NCBI GenBank assembly: GCA_045159875.1
Contig: CP067995.1
Location: 2,912,001-2,976,000 of the forward strand
Source of the DNA: a cyanobacterium endosymbiont of Rhopalodia gibba
GTDB lineage: Bacteria; Cyanobacteriota; Cyanobacteriia; Cyanobacteriales; Microcystaceae
Reading direction: 5' to 3'
DNA length: 64,000 nt
In this document: positions 1 through 12,682 of the stretch, piece after piece
Numbering within the stretch: position 1 is the first letter of the stretch
Layout of the letters: the number at the start of each line of letters is the position of its first letter
The notes under the pieces: generated by a model
Seen by the model: only the letters and a program-made list of their open reading frames with translations
Database searches by the model: none
Told to the model about the DNA's origin: nothing
Program-made: the position numbers and the translations under genes

Positions 1-280
1 TTGCTATTTATGCAAACAAAATCAAGAAATCATCCGTCGTGCTGTCATCCTCTTGGAACAGATTACAGCCCAAAATAAAGATCCGTTGGGACTTGCCCTA
101 CTGAACAATTACTTTAACAAGTTTGATCGTCTCTATCACTTAAACGTATCTAAAAACCAACGTCTCGAATATCCTCAGTTATCAAAATTGGCTTTTAAAC
201 TCCTAGTAGATTTACTCTTTTACAGTACTACTAATGGCCATCACCGTCTTTGGTTAGCCATGTTAGATTATACCCGTTAG
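1..280 (+). CDS. DUF3038-family protein, 5' end outside window
   Basis: Frame is open from position 2 (CYLCKQNQEIIRRAVILLEQ...LAFKLLVDLLFYS...HHRLWLAMLD). Matches the DUF3038 C-terminus and lies directly upstream of a DUF4335 gene, the usual cyanobacterial pairing. Confidence 0.8.
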   Translation, partial: CYLCKQNQEIIRRAVILLEQITAQNKDPLGLALLNNYFNKFDRLYHLNVSKNQRLEYPQLSKLAFKLLVDLLFYSTTNGHHRLWLAMLDYTR

Positions 281-335
281 AACACCCTTTAAATTATTAA
301 CTGCGCTCTCCCAATCCTCAATGTAAAGCTTATCT

Positions 336-1796
336 ATGAAATTATTTAGCAATACTCCTATTCGACGCTATACTCCTCCTACTTGTACTCTAGAATTGTG
401 GGACAAACGCTCTTATTTATCTCGTTGGAAAGAAAAAGCCTCTCCAAAAGAATTAAATTTTGTGCTCAATTTCGATGATCCTAAACTCTTAGAAGAACAG
501 CAAGTAACGCTTCAGGGAGATTTCCCTCAATTGGAAGTTTTATGTGACGTAGTTGCTTGTTATGCCCAAAATCTTCTCTATCAAACCGTTAATTGTTTGA
601 CTTTTACTCATCAGTCTTCTTTTGAAGATACCAGCTGTTCGGTTGAACTTTCCTCTTTAACTCCTTCAAGTGAGAAAATAAATGAGCTCAATTTACCTCC
701 CTCATTACGACCTAAAGGATTTTTAAGTCATCAGCTTAATTTAGGTTCCCTAGAAACTAAAGCTTCCCATTCCTTCGTTAGTTTGACTTCTTCTCAACTC
801 TTTGATCTGCTTAACGCTTTAGAAGACTATCAAGAGGATCTGAGTGTCTTATCTTCTTCGAAGAATTCTATTCAACGTCAGGGAATTTGGGTGTGGACTT
901 CGACAGCAGTAGTTGCTTTATTGGCTATTGCTATTCCGATATTGGGAGCAAAATGGTTCGATAGACTAAACTCTGGTGATGTGTCCCTAATTCAAAATCA
1001 AGAAAGTTCAGAACAAAGGTTATCTTTTCTAGATGTGTTGCCTCCTGTACCACCTCCACCTAGTTTCCCCATTTCTTCTCCATCAATGCCACCGATTTTG
1101 GCCACAAAAGATCCTTTACCCCCCCCCGAAAAGATTAGCATAGCGGACCCACCTCTTCGTAATCCATCTGTTGATATAAAAACCCCCACCCCTCCAGTTT
1201 TGTCACCTCCCTCTGTGTTACCCTTTGCTTCTCCACAATCCTTAACAGCTAATAACTACTATCAAGTCCATAACCAGCTTTCGGCTGAAGATATCCTAAC
1301 TCTTCAAAGAACAAGAACCCCTGCGATTATATCTTCTTCTCCTTTAACGATGACTGATCGTATTAGTGCTATTTCTAGTATTCCTACTCCACCGTCCCTA
1401 CAAGCTGAGACGTTAATAGAACGATCTCCTGAAAAACAAACCCCCCAAACTCCAATTGTTAACCCTTTGTCCGAAGATTATATCTTTGCTGAACCAACCC
1501 TCCAGACAACTCTTCTTGATGCCATCCCTCAAGTAGCAGAAGCTCGTCAGTATTTTCAGCAACGCTGGCAACCTCCTAGAAATCTTTCTCAAACCCTAGA
1601 ATATCGCTTAATAGTTCAGCCTGATGGTTCCTTGAAACAGGCGGTTCCTCTGGGAAAAGCAGCTATTGTGTATTATCAGAAAGCATCTATTCCTACCCCT
1701 GGGAGTGCTTTTGTTTCTTCTCTCGATATATCGGAGAATCAAACTATTCGCCTAGTGTTAAGTCCTAATGGTAGAGTTAAAACCTTTTTGGAGTAG
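336..1796 (+). CDS. DUF4335-domain membrane protein
   Basis: 486 aa. N-terminal RRYTPPTCTLE, one TM segment, Pro-rich linker, C-terminal YFQQRWQPP..LSQTLEYRL...IRLVLSPNGRVKTFLE. Confidence 0.8.
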   Translation: MKLFSNTPIRRYTPPTCTLELWDKRSYLSRWKEKASPKELNFVLNFDDPKLLEEQQVTLQGDFPQLEVLCDVVACYAQNLLYQTVNCLTFTHQSSFEDTSCSVELSSLTPSSEKINELNLPPSLRPKGFLSHQLNLGSLETKASHSFVSLTSSQLFDLLNALEDYQEDLSVLSSSKNSIQRQGIWVWTSTAVVALLAIAIPILGAKWFDRLNSGDVSLIQNQESSEQRLSFLDVLPPVPPPPSFPISSPSMPPILATKDPLPPPEKISIADPPLRNPSVDIKTPTPPVLSPPSVLPFASPQSLTANNYYQVHNQLSAEDILTLQRTRTPAIISSSPLTMTDRISAISSIPTPPSLQAETLIERSPEKQTPQTPIVNPLSEDYIFAEPTLQTTLLDAIPQVAEARQYFQQRWQPPRNLSQTLEYRLIVQPDGSLKQAVPLGKAAIVYYQKASIPTPGSAFVSSLDISENQTIRLVLSPNGRVKTFLE

Positions 1797-3214
1797 GAGG
1801 AAACAACTTGTTGTGTTTTCAAAAAAAAATTAATCAATCAACTTTTCTGAAATTTTCATTAAAAGATTAGGTTATAAGGAAAATGAGAAAATAGACAAGA
1901 ATGGAGTAAAATCTAGTGTAGATCTACTTAATAATAGATAGTTAGTTATATTGGCTTTTTTTCTGAGATAGAATGACCAACACGTCGTTTGTCCTCACTT
2001 AATTCTCACAGAGAAACCTTATTTATTTAATTAAATAAAAATTAGCTGTCGTTTCTTATCTAGTAATCATTTTCCTAAAAAAATCTCTAATTTACCAATG
2101 AAGCAATCACAAATATTATAGTGGAAAAATACCATATAATTTATTTTATATTTCTGATATGTGCAATAATTATATTTAGAATTTCTTTAACCAATCTGTA
2201 TACTCTAAAAATCAATAGGCTAAATTTTAGTTATTCTATACAGATTTAATTTTGAAATATTCCTTGCTGAACGTTGGATTAAATTAAATGCAATTTGAAG
2301 AATAAGAAATAAAAATAATAATCATTATATGTTCTAAACAAATAGATTAAAAAAGTAATTTTTTATATAAGAAGTAATAAGTATAGTAATCGTTTATGAT
2401 ACTAACTCTGTACATAGTAATTAATTTTATTTTAAAACAATAGAGAGAAAAGTAGTTGTACATATATTTCTAATTTATACTCTCTAATTAAATAGAATAG
2501 CATTAAATAAAAAATTATAAAGTTTACAAAGTAATTTCTTAGTATAAATATGATTTGGCGAAGACAGTTAAATAAAGTTATCTTCAAAGAACAAAATAGT
2601 TACTCTAAAAAGTATTGTTTTAGCTCTAATTGTTTGAATATAAAAATATAAAATAGTTTACTTTTAAGAAAGTAATGTATAGCTATTTACTTAATAAAAT
2701 TATTTATGGTTCCAATGTCTTGGAAAGAAATAAAATTGGGATCTTTGCCATCAGCAGGAACATTAACGATGATTATTTAAATATAAAAACTGTATTATAC
2801 TCCTGAAAATACTGGATTTTAGAAAAAGAACTATAGATAAACATCAATATTGAGATAGAAAAAATGCACTCATGACAGTAAGAACAACCAACTACAATTA
2901 GATTATGCTCAATTTCTGTGGCAAACTCCTTTTGAAAATTAAAATTGAGATTATTATATCTATGTCAATGACATACTATTAATCAATAGTTCAGATGATT
3001 TTAAAATTTGATTATTTGTCTCAAAGAGCGAATTTTAAGCTTAAGGAAGGACAAGCTTAAAAGTCAAAAAGGAAATTAATCAAGATTGAAAGTTAATATA
3101 CATAAAACTTCTAAAATCCATAAAAGACGGTTAACCCATTACATTAATAGTTCAACTATTTTTTTCTGCTCAAAAGTGGATAGTGGCTCAATCATTAAGT
3201 TTATTTTGTCTCTG

Positions 3215-4216
3215 TTAGAGACTTACTGCCTGTAAATGACTACGTGGATCATATGCACGACTAGCACTAATTTTCTGATAAAGTTCTCGTTCTGTTTCTG
3301 TTATATTTTGAGGGGTGTCAATCACAATTTTGACTAGTTGATCTCCTCGTCCATCTTTAGGGTGAACCCAACCCTTACCTCGAAGGCGCAAAGATTGCCC
3401 TGAACGAATTCCTGAAGGAACCTTTACTGTTACTATCCCATCAGGAGTAGGAACCTCAATCGACGCACCTAAGATCGCTTCATCAGGAGTAATAGGAACT
3501 TCACAGATTAGGTGCTCACCTTCAAATTTAAAAAACGTATGGGATATTAATTCAATTTTGAGGTATAAATCTCCTCGTTGCTGATTATAAGGATTAATAG
3601 AACCTTTCCCTCGGACTCTTACCCGACTCCCTGTTTTTGCTCCGGCTGGAATGCGAACATCAAGAACTTCATTGCCCAAATTAAGGCGTTTTTGTACACC
3701 TCTAAAAGCTTCAGAAAAAGTTAAATGAAGGGTTGCCGTTCGATCAGTCGCAGGAGGTTGAGCTCCAAAACCACCTGTATCAGAAAAGCTACTAGAATCA
3801 TTGTATTCTGGCTGTCTTCCAGTGGTAGTTCGATAACTGTAACCTCCTGTCGTTGATCCACTAGTTGAGCCAAAACGACCTAATAATTCATTAATAAATT
3901 CATCAAAGTTACCATATTGGCTAAAATTAAAGCCACTAACGTCAACACCACTCTGACCACTAGTCCAATTCCCTTGATTAGCCTGTTGCCAGTATTGACC
4001 GAATTGATCGTATTTCTGACGGTTTTCCTGATCTGATAAAACTGCGTAAGCTTCACTAATTTCTTTAAATTTTTCTTCCGCTTGTTTATTTGCAGGATTC
4101 CTGTCAGGATGATATTTCACAGCTAACTTACGAAAGGCTTTTTTGATTTCTTCCGCGGTAGCGTTTTTATTAACTCCTAAGATGACGTAATAATCTTTGT
4201 AGTTAGTTGAAGCCAT
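3215..4216 (-). CDS. DnaJ-class chaperone, CbpA-like (J domain plus DnaJ C-terminal domain, no zinc finger)
   Basis: KDYY..LGV, HPD motif, G/F-rich linker, C-terminal [10 protein letters not shown]. Likely start is the ATG at 4216 ([10 protein letters not shown]) rather than 4243. Confidence 0.9.
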   Translation of the reverse strand: MASTNYKDYYVILGVNKNATAEEIKKAFRKLAVKYHPDRNPANKQAEEKFKEISEAYAVLSDQENRQKYDQFGQYWQQANQGNWTSGQSGVDVSGFNFSQYGNFDEFINELLGRFGSTSGSTTGGYSYRTTTGRQPEYNDSSSFSDTGGFGAQPPATDRTATLHLTFSEAFRGVQKRLNLGNEVLDVRIPAGAKTGSRVRVRGKGSINPYNQQRGDLYLKIELISHTFFKFEGEHLICEVPITPDEAILGASIEVPTPDGIVTVKVPSGIRSGQSLRLRGKGWVHPKDGRGDQLVKIVIDTPQNITETERELYQKISASRAYDPRSHLQAVSL

Positions 4217-5561
4217 TAACAGAAACCTCCTAGCTGGTAACAAAACAACAACTTGAAATTCAACTTAAATAATTTTATCCTTCTAAATCTAGATTAACAA
4301 AGCCGTCAAGCCTATTTTGTTCGGTTCTCCCCGATATAGGAGAAAGGATTTTCCTTCCCAACACGTTTTAGCAAGTCCATCTTCTAATACAGGGGATGTC
4401 ATACTGGTATGTATTGATGTTTCTACAATAATCTGGGTTAAAATTGAGCGATCACAGTTTTAATTGCTCTCTAAACAAAGTTTAAGAAGGACATTTTACC
4501 CAATATCTACCGTACCATTAAATTCTAGCTCACGAGCCGGTTTTATCGTTTCTTTCCGTCGTTGGCTGACAAAATTGATGATGTTATAAACAGCTATAGC
4601 AGTATTTATTAATAACAGTTCTTTCAATTGCTGTTTGATTTTTCCCTAGATTAATAACTAATAACTTTGGGTATTTTAATTTTTAAAAGAATTAACTGTA
4701 TACAGCAAAAAATACTAAGATATTAATTCGTTAATTCTAATTATGTAGATAGTGTTAATTTTTCGCTTTCTAGTAGTCTAATTAGTAAAATCAGCATGTA
4801 TTATTAGTTTCATTAAACTATATTGCCTACTTTATTAAATGACTATCCTTAGATATTTGAATCGAATTTAGCTAACTTGCTTTTTTAAAAGTTGACGGTG
4901 GGGGAGTAATAGAGTGTAGAAATTCGGAGATAAAATTTTTAATCACTTGCCATCTTCAATTGAGATTGACTTTATTAAAGTCACAAACTAAGTTGATCCA
5001 GCATTCCAGCAATTTGTCTAGACTGTAGTTCTTGATAAAATCTACAAAATGGATAGTTTGAAAAAACTTTACCTAGTTTAAGATAGCAAAAATACACTAG
5101 GCTTTGACATAGTATTAATTAGCAACAGTGTTAATAATAAAAATATTAAAAATCTAGATAAGTTCCAGCAAATGGTCTCAACAATTTAACCATAATATCT
5201 ATTATAAACTATATTTATCTCTCGACAAGAGACTACTATAAAATATTTGCTAAGGCAAAAATAGAGTGTCTTATCGCAGTCTAATGTACTAAAAATTAAT
5301 AACAAGATTTTAGTACTAATTTTATAAAAATTTTAGTTTACGTTTAATAGAATTAATTAACATAACAAATTTTACTTAATGTTTTATTTTCAAATAGTTT
5401 CTAAGACTAATAACCAGTTTGTCATTAAAATCCAATAACAGCTAATAAGAGTTGAACTTATTCCTATAGAATTGCTCAAAAAAAATGACTTAGGTATATT
5501 TTTCTATGTTAAATTGATATCTGAAACCTAAAATTAAATAAAACTGTGTGAGAACGAATCT

Positions 5562-7433
5562 GTGAAACGAGTACAGTGGAACCCTCTGAGTCTTTATGGT
5601 TTTTCCCTAGTGTCAACTTTGTTAATTTATTGGTTAATTTCAGGAGGATTCGATAAAACTTCCCAATATACTCTTTTCTCTAAACCTTTATCTGTCGAGG
5701 CTTCTGATAAGTTTCAACAAGGACAAGAAATTTATCTTAATGGGAAACTATTCAACATTCCTTGGAGCCAGTGGAATCAAGGGGACAAGCAACGGATAGG
5801 AATCAGTGACACTGGAGCGATGAATTTATTAGGGATAGAACTTCTGAGCACAAGCGAACCGAGTCTACAACCTGTTAGATGGTTTTCTGCCGATTACCGC
5901 CAGTCTTTTCCTATTCCAGCACGATTTATTGCTCCCTATCGATATTTGGATGTGACTGACTTAATGAAATTAACGGAAGGAACTTTACAAGTGAAGGGTA
6001 ACTTCCTAGAAATTACCTTGCCACTAGCGCGTGTTGGTGATGTACGTGAAGGAAACCACACTTGGGGCAAGCGCATTGTAGTGGATGTTGATCGTCCTAC
6101 CGTTTGGCAGGTTAGTCAAGCGAAGGGAAAAGGAGTAGTGATTATTTCAGGGATTACTGACGTTTCTCCTTCTGCTCAAACCCCAACCAGACTACCTCTC
6201 ACTCAGGGGAATTGGAGTGATCTTGATGAAGATGATCTCGGTAACGATGTTTCTACACCTATTAATTCTCAACTTTTCTCTCTAGAAAAAAGTGGAAAAA
6301 TTACTAAAGTTCACATAAATTTACCCACAGCCCATAGTTTAAATGTTTTTAGTATTTCTAATCCTCATCGTATTGTCATCGATGTCCGTCCTGATGCCAA
6401 AATACCAAAGCAAATTGCTTGGACAAAAGATATTACTTGGCGACAACAGTTAGTTAAACTGGGGAGAGACATTTTTCCAGTTAATTGCTTAGAGATCGAT
6501 GCGAGATCATCTAAAATTGTTCTAAGACCTATCACAACATATCCTAATCGACAAGAAGGGACAGCCCCCTTAGTAACTATGGCTAAGGAGTGGAAAGCCT
6601 CAGCAGCTATTAATGGAGGTTTCTTCAATCGAAACAATAAGTTACCCCTAGGGGCAATTCGATCACAGGCTCGTTGGTTATCTAGTCCTATTTTAGGTCG
6701 AGGGGCGATTGCCTGGAATGATCAAGGACAAATAAAAATGGGTCGTCTCAGTCTTCAAGAGACTTTAGTAACTAGCAGCGGACAACGCATTCCTGTCCTG
6801 TTTCTCAACAGTGGTTATATCCAAGCAGGAATAGCTCGTTACAGCTCCGAATGGGGACCTAAATATATCCCTATATCGGATAACGAAACAATTATTTTCA
6901 TACAAAATGATAGAGTTACTGACCAAATAAAGGCCGGAAAAGCGGGGAAAACTTCTTTTCTTATCCCTCCTGACGGCTGCTTGTTGACCATTCGTAAAAA
7001 TGCTGTATCTGCTGCTGCTTTGCAAGTGGGAACGGTGGTTATGATTGAAAACACCACAGTTCCTGCTGATTTTAATACTTATCCTAATATGCTTGGGGCA
7101 GGTCCATTATTAATTAGTGATAATCGTATTGTGGTCAACGGAACTTTGGAAAAGTTTAGCAAGGGATTTCAGCAACAAGAAGCCTCTCGTAGTGCTATCG
7201 GTGTAACAGACCAAGGAAAAATCATGTTAGTAGCTGTTCATAACCGTGTTGGGGGACGGGGGGCAAGTTTAGGAGAAATGGCACAAATTATGCAAGAATT
7301 AGGAGCGGTCAATGCATTAAACCTAGATGGAGGAAGTTCAACTTCTTTAAGTTTAGGAGGACAATTAATTGATCGTTCTCCTGTCACCGCAGCACGGGTT
7401 CATAATGGGATAGGGGTTTTTATCAGTCCATAG
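5562..7433 (+). CDS. Phosphodiester glycosidase family protein (NAGPA/DUF2233)
   Basis: 623 aa with AAINGGFF, RSAIG and ALNLDGGSST motifs and an N-terminal TM/signal segment. Confidence 0.85.
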   Translation: MKRVQWNPLSLYGFSLVSTLLIYWLISGGFDKTSQYTLFSKPLSVEASDKFQQGQEIYLNGKLFNIPWSQWNQGDKQRIGISDTGAMNLLGIELLSTSEPSLQPVRWFSADYRQSFPIPARFIAPYRYLDVTDLMKLTEGTLQVKGNFLEITLPLARVGDVREGNHTWGKRIVVDVDRPTVWQVSQAKGKGVVIISGITDVSPSAQTPTRLPLTQGNWSDLDEDDLGNDVSTPINSQLFSLEKSGKITKVHINLPTAHSLNVFSISNPHRIVIDVRPDAKIPKQIAWTKDITWRQQLVKLGRDIFPVNCLEIDARSSKIVLRPITTYPNRQEGTAPLVTMAKEWKASAAINGGFFNRNNKLPLGAIRSQARWLSSPILGRGAIAWNDQGQIKMGRLSLQETLVTSSGQRIPVLFLNSGYIQAGIARYSSEWGPKYIPISDNETIIFIQNDRVTDQIKAGKAGKTSFLIPPDGCLLTIRKNAVSAAALQVGTVVMIENTTVPADFNTYPNMLGAGPLLISDNRIVVNGTLEKFSKGFQQQEASRSAIGVTDQGKIMLVAVHNRVGGRGASLGEMAQIMQELGAVNALNLDGGSSTSLSLGGQLIDRSPVTAARVHNGIGVFISP

Positions 7434-9871
7434 TTTACAGCCGTCAAAGATTTATTATATGTGATAATCCTAGAGGCATAAGGCTTACGTTCTAATAAAT
7501 TTTAAAGTCGGTGTATAAAAGCATAGAATAAAACCTCAAAAATCTCGCAAATATCTGTGTTGTGTTCATTTTTAATATCACAAGTTAGATTTGAACTGAA
7601 TTTTTGAACAAGGTTAATTTAGAGAGAGTTTTGTCTCAATTTGAGCTAAAACAGTAGGAAGGGACAGAATAAGCTCAAGGAAAAAATAGATTGAATTTTT
7701 AATTAGAGTATAGGATTCTAGCGAATAAAGAAAGGAACTTATCTGAATTTTAGAGAAAAAGGTAGAAACATACTCAGAAAAGAATAGCAAAAAAATGGAA
7801 ATAATTCCTACCCTTTTTATAGGGTAAATTACAATGATTATTAGTTTTTTCAAAAAGAGTTAAAATCTATTCTTCGTTTATTGTTTCCTCCTCTTGAAAT
7901 ATTGATTTTACATAAAAGGTTTGGTAGGACTAAATTTACTGGATATAAAGGTTTACTAATACTTTTTATTTATACAAATAAAAAGAGGTATAGTGGATAA
8001 TACTTGGGAGTATTTTATAACTTAGTTAATAGTAAAATTTCTAAAATATCAAAGATAATTCTAGCGAAGTAGAATTTCATTATTGTCAGCTAATTAAACT
8101 TAATGACTCTACAAGCTAATCCAGCTTCTCCGCTAGATAACTTTTCAGAAGTATAGGATAAATCATCCCCATGTAAATGAATAGTCAAAGAACTTTTTTA
8201 AAAGCTTTTTCTATCCTAGAGTAGAGGCAAAAATAAGTAAAATTACAAGTACCTCTTTGTTGGTAGTTAAAAATAATCAATTTTCTAGATAATTGTTTTT
8301 ATAGAGTCTTTCACGACTTTGAGTATTTTTTGTCGTAGTCGCCTCCAACAGACAAAGCAAAAACTATTTTGCCGTCTTTAGTTCCAGGATTTTAACTATG
8401 ATTTTTATGTAAATGTAATTTATAAGTTAAGCATCTAGAATAGATAAAGCAATCGCTATATATTAAACTAACTTAAAAATGTTCAATGATAACCAAGTAT
8501 TTTAATCAATAAAATAGGAAAATTAAATCTTAGTTTAAATATTGTAGGCAGTTGAATATAAATGAGCGATTGTATGTTAAAAATTAATGAAACAATAGAA
8601 TAATCATTAATTGATACTAAAAAAATAAACTTTTATATTGAGTTTGTAGTTAATTAATTTACTGGGCTTTCTCAATTCTTGATAAAAAATATTTCTACCT
8701 ATAAACTATTGCGTTGTTAGCAAAACTTGATGGCTTCTGTTACTGCTATCGCTAGTCTATATTTAGACTATTCTTTGCTACGTGTTATAAACAATAGCAA
8801 CTAATGAGAAGTGATGATATTCTTATTGCTATTTTAGAAAATAAAGTTAGTTTAATTTAATGCTTTACTATGAGCTGCTTTTAGATTATTTGAAAGTGGT
8901 GCATAACCAAAAATAAAGCCTGATCCATCTAGATACTTTAAATATATTTATCTTATAACTTAATAAAGTATTTGATACTTATATCAATCTAAGCTTGCTC
9001 TGTCAATTGATTATTCTGAAAACTTTCAAATAAGCTAATTTTAAGCAAATAATATTTGCTTTTTATTTTCGCCCCTATTGCTGACAGTCTAATTATCAAA
9101 AATGAGTAATTTTAAATAGACAAAAGACTGTTTATCGTCTCAATAAAATTTGATTTTAAAATGCCATTTGATTGATTATAATTTCTGACGTATTATTAAT
9201 CTTATGTTAATTATAAGTGATTAAATCAAGTCTTTATTAGTAGAAGTCTATAGAGAGTTTTTGAGTAATATATCATTTGTGTCCTAATAATTTTTTAGTT
9301 AAACCTTGCGTCTATTTAAGAACAGGTTTACAGTTATCTGTGTTATATGAAATTAACTTAAAAGTCAATAATCAACCGCTGTTGAGAGCTCTTCGAGATA
9401 TTCTATATCTTTTGTCTTCTAAGTTCCTTTGCTGCCACTATCCGAAGAAATCCACAATCGTTCTCTTCCTTGAAGAATTAATCCAAAAATTGTTTGCTAA
9501 ATTGTATTTACTGATAGTTTTACTAAATTTTTAATTTTTTTAACTTTCTATACTCTTACTTAGCTCTGTACTTTGTTTTTTAAGAAGTTCAAAAAGCTTT
9601 ACTTAATTAAAATAAAGTCCCTCTATACTCTAATTTGTAAAAAATACCCTCAAACAAAGAAGTGACGATAATATTTCAGTTAATTAGAGTCTTTACGACT
9701 TATTGAAATAACATACTTTGGAGTCTATTTGCGCTTAATCGCTTATCCAAAGTTATTGAGAGTGATCTTTTTTCTTAAAGTCCTCATCAATTAACCCTAA
9801 CTATCTCAATAATGAATGGCTTATTTGCGTTTTAAACGCCGTAACTCTTCTTGTAAAAGATATACTTTATC

Positions 9872-10192
9872 TCACAGTTCATTTATATTGTTAGATTTTG
9901 AGATTTTAGCTGTCTCTTCCTCTTCGGTAATAATTTCAATTAATCGAGGTTCCTTATCGGAAGGAGATTGAGATGAGTCTTTCTTTTTTTTCTGAGCTTG
10001 CTGTACCAAATTATCAACATACTTACGGGCTTCCTCGGCGCTTATCTCTCCTCTCGTCACCATTTGATCCGCTACTTTTTGGGCTTGTTCCTCCAACTCA
10101 GTTAGAGCTATGCGAGCTTTCTCATTTGCATAAGACGCTAGACCTATTCCCAGATAAAACGCTTTTTGAATTAAACTACTAAAATCAGCCAT
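9872..10192 (-). CDS. Phasin-like cyanobacterial protein, probably truncated by a premature TGA
   Basis: QKAFYLGIGLASYA..KA and MVTRGEISAEEARKYV motifs. The frame continues past the TGA as DKVYLLQEELRRLKRK* to 9821. Confidence 0.65.
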   Translation of the reverse strand: MADFSSLIQKAFYLGIGLASYANEKARIALTELEEQAQKVADQMVTRGEISAEEARKYVDNLVQQAQKKKKDSSQSPSDKEPRLIEIITEEEETAKISKSNNINEL

Positions 10193-10488
10193 GATTGAAA
10201 ATTCTGTCCTTATAACTTAAGCAACATTTTTATCTCTCAGTATAATCATGTCTCGACTGAATGAATCCTAGCAAAGATAATTTGTTCTCAATTGGAGACA
10301 CCAAAGATAGACTCTGAAGTCTTCAGAATTCTCTAACAACTATCTACTCTTAGAATTATTAACTTTTATAATAAAATTTGTTAAGCTCTATTTCAAGTTT
10401 AGGCAGATTAGACTGATCACCCTTTTAAAGACAAAAATCTGTTATATGATGCTGTTCGTAACACTCGTCGAAATTTGGGAGAAAAACC

Positions 10489-11530
10489 TTGGGTTTAAGG
10501 GTCACTGTTGTTGGGGCAAGATCGCCTAGCTGGGTCTTCTACATACAACTGAAACATTAGCAAAAACTAGAATAGAAACCTACTTATTTGAGCGTAAATT
10601 AGACAAGCATAAACCGTGTATTAGATCTGTTTCTTTATGTATAGTAAACGAACTCGACTTATCACTGGAAATTATTGACCTTCGAGTGAGAAAAATGAAA
10701 ATGATCTACTCTACCAGCCTAATGTTGCTGTCAATATGAATACTAAACTGGATAATGAATATATTGGGATGTATCCTGGGGAAATTCTATACGGATTGTT
10801 ACGCGACTGCGCTGCATCATCAGGGGCGAGTTGGATTAACGAAACGGTCTATTAACTAGATCTTTCTACCTAATAACACTAATCTTTATATCCTTCACTA
10901 TGTCGACCACTCTAACAGGAATACTTAAGGGAACAAGTTAGTGATTAATGCGGGAGATTATAATTATGTGACCGCTCTTCAAGAAGGCATTCGTCTCTCC
11001 TCAAACCAAATAGCTTACTACCGAGATCTAGCTTAGATGTATGTTGATAACGATGTTTCCTCTGACTTTTATGTTTAGGGTTTCCATAGATACATTTAGA
11101 GGTAAATAAAGGGGTAATAAAGGTTAATAAGTATCTTATTAAGGATTTACAAGCAGTTATTCATGAGCAGGCTTTTTTTTACTTAGAAAGAGACAAAATC
11201 ATCAAAGTCAAAGTTTATCTTATGCTCAAATATTCTTGTCCCCGTCGGGTTGTAGATCTCTTGACTTTAGTAGGTGATGTGGCAGGAACTGTTCCTAAGT
11301 CTTCTGAAGAAGGTATTGATTCTGCTGCTGAATCTGTCCATACGTGTGTCAAAACTATTGTAGAAGTAAGGAATATGAGTCAAGGTATTCTGACCGAAGA
11401 TAAGTAAAAATCTATTTCAAACCGTGAAGCAAAAAGTATGGTATGACTTACCTTATTCTTAGTATTCTACAACGGGTCTTCTATCGTTGCAGATGCATCC
11501 CGCAAGGCTTTTGTAGAAATGTGTGCTGAT
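10489..11530 (+). pseudogene. chlP: Geranylgeranyl reductase pseudogene
   Basis: GGAG RBS then TTG GLRVTVVG. Fragments IETYLFERKLD, INAGDYNY, MYVDNDVSSDFY, PRRVVDLLTLVGDVAGTVPKSSEEGI and AFVEMCAD are collinear with ChlP. Many stops and frameshifts; 3' end missing. Confidence 0.92.
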
Positions 11531-11533
11531 AAA

Positions 11534-12682
11534 TTAGTTCTGATTGTCGCGCATTAACTTAACAAACTTCTCGAATAAATAATCTGCATCGTGTGGTCCA
11601 GGACTTGCTTCAGGATGGTATTGAACCGAAAAAAAGGGTAAAGTTTTATGAGAGAAACCTGCTACAGTTTGATCATTTAAATTAAAATGAGTAACTTCTA
11701 AATTAACATTTAAGGACTTTTCTTCCACTGCAAAACCATGATTTTGACTTGTAATTTCTACTTGTTGATTTAATCCACAAGGTTGATTTAATCCACGATG
11801 ACCAAACATTAATTTAAAGGTTTTTGCTCCCAAAGATAATCCTAAAATTTGGTGTCCCATACAAATTCCGAAAGTAGGTTTTCCTGCTTTAATTAATGCT
11901 TTAGTAACTTCGATCCCTTCTTCAACTGCTGAGGGATCACCAGGTCCATTAGACAAGAATATTCCGTCTGGATTATACTTTAAAATCTCTTCAGGGGGCA
12001 TATTGGCTGGAACTACAATAACCCGACAACCATAACTAGCTAAACGACGAAGAATATTCCGTTTGATCCCAAAATCAATAGCTACTACTGTTAAAGTATT
12101 TCTTGAAACTTCTTTATTACTCAGACGAAACTCCCAAATGGGATCGGTCGGAATAGACCACTCATAAACCTCTTTGGTAGTTACTTCCCTAACTAAATTT
12201 AAACCAGTCATCTTCGGAGTTAACTGAGCTTGACGTAGTAATTCTGTCGGTTCGAGGATTTCTGTAGAAATGGCCCCATTCATCGTCCCTACTGAACGTA
12301 TTTTGCGAGTTAAGGCACGGGTATCAATGCCATAAATTCCAATAATTTTATGGCGATTTAAATAATCAGGGAGAGATTCTGTGGATCGCCAGTTACTCGG
12401 ACGATAGGTTATATTACGCGCAATAACCCCTTTAACCTGTGGGCAAGAGGATTCCTCATCATCAGGGTTAGTCCCCGTATTCCCCAACTCAGGGTAAGTA
12501 AAGGTGACAATTTGACCACAGTAACTCGGATCGGTCAAAACCTCTTGGTAGCCAGTCATTCCTGTATTAAAAACTATCTCTCCTAAAGTAGTTCCCCTTG
12601 CTCCAAATGACCACCCCTCAAAAAAAGTCCCGTCCACTAACATCAATAGAGCTGGTGTAGTCTTTACTATTGCCATAATCAT
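11534..12682 (-). CDS. carA: Carbamoyl-phosphate synthase small subunit
   Basis: [36 protein letters not shown] and [12 protein letters not shown] motifs. Confidence 0.98.
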   Translation of the reverse strand: MIMAIVKTTPALLMLVDGTFFEGWSFGARGTTLGEIVFNTGMTGYQEVLTDPSYCGQIVTFTYPELGNTGTNPDDEESSCPQVKGVIARNITYRPSNWRSTESLPDYLNRHKIIGIYGIDTRALTRKIRSVGTMNGAISTEILEPTELLRQAQLTPKMTGLNLVREVTTKEVYEWSIPTDPIWEFRLSNKEVSRNTLTVVAIDFGIKRNILRRLASYGCRVIVVPANMPPEEILKYNPDGIFLSNGPGDPSAVEEGIEVTKALIKAGKPTFGICMGHQILGLSLGAKTFKLMFGHRGLNQPCGLNQQVEITSQNHGFAVEEKSLNVNLEVTHFNLNDQTVAGFSHKTLPFFSVQYHPEASPGPHDADYLFEKFVKLMRDNQN

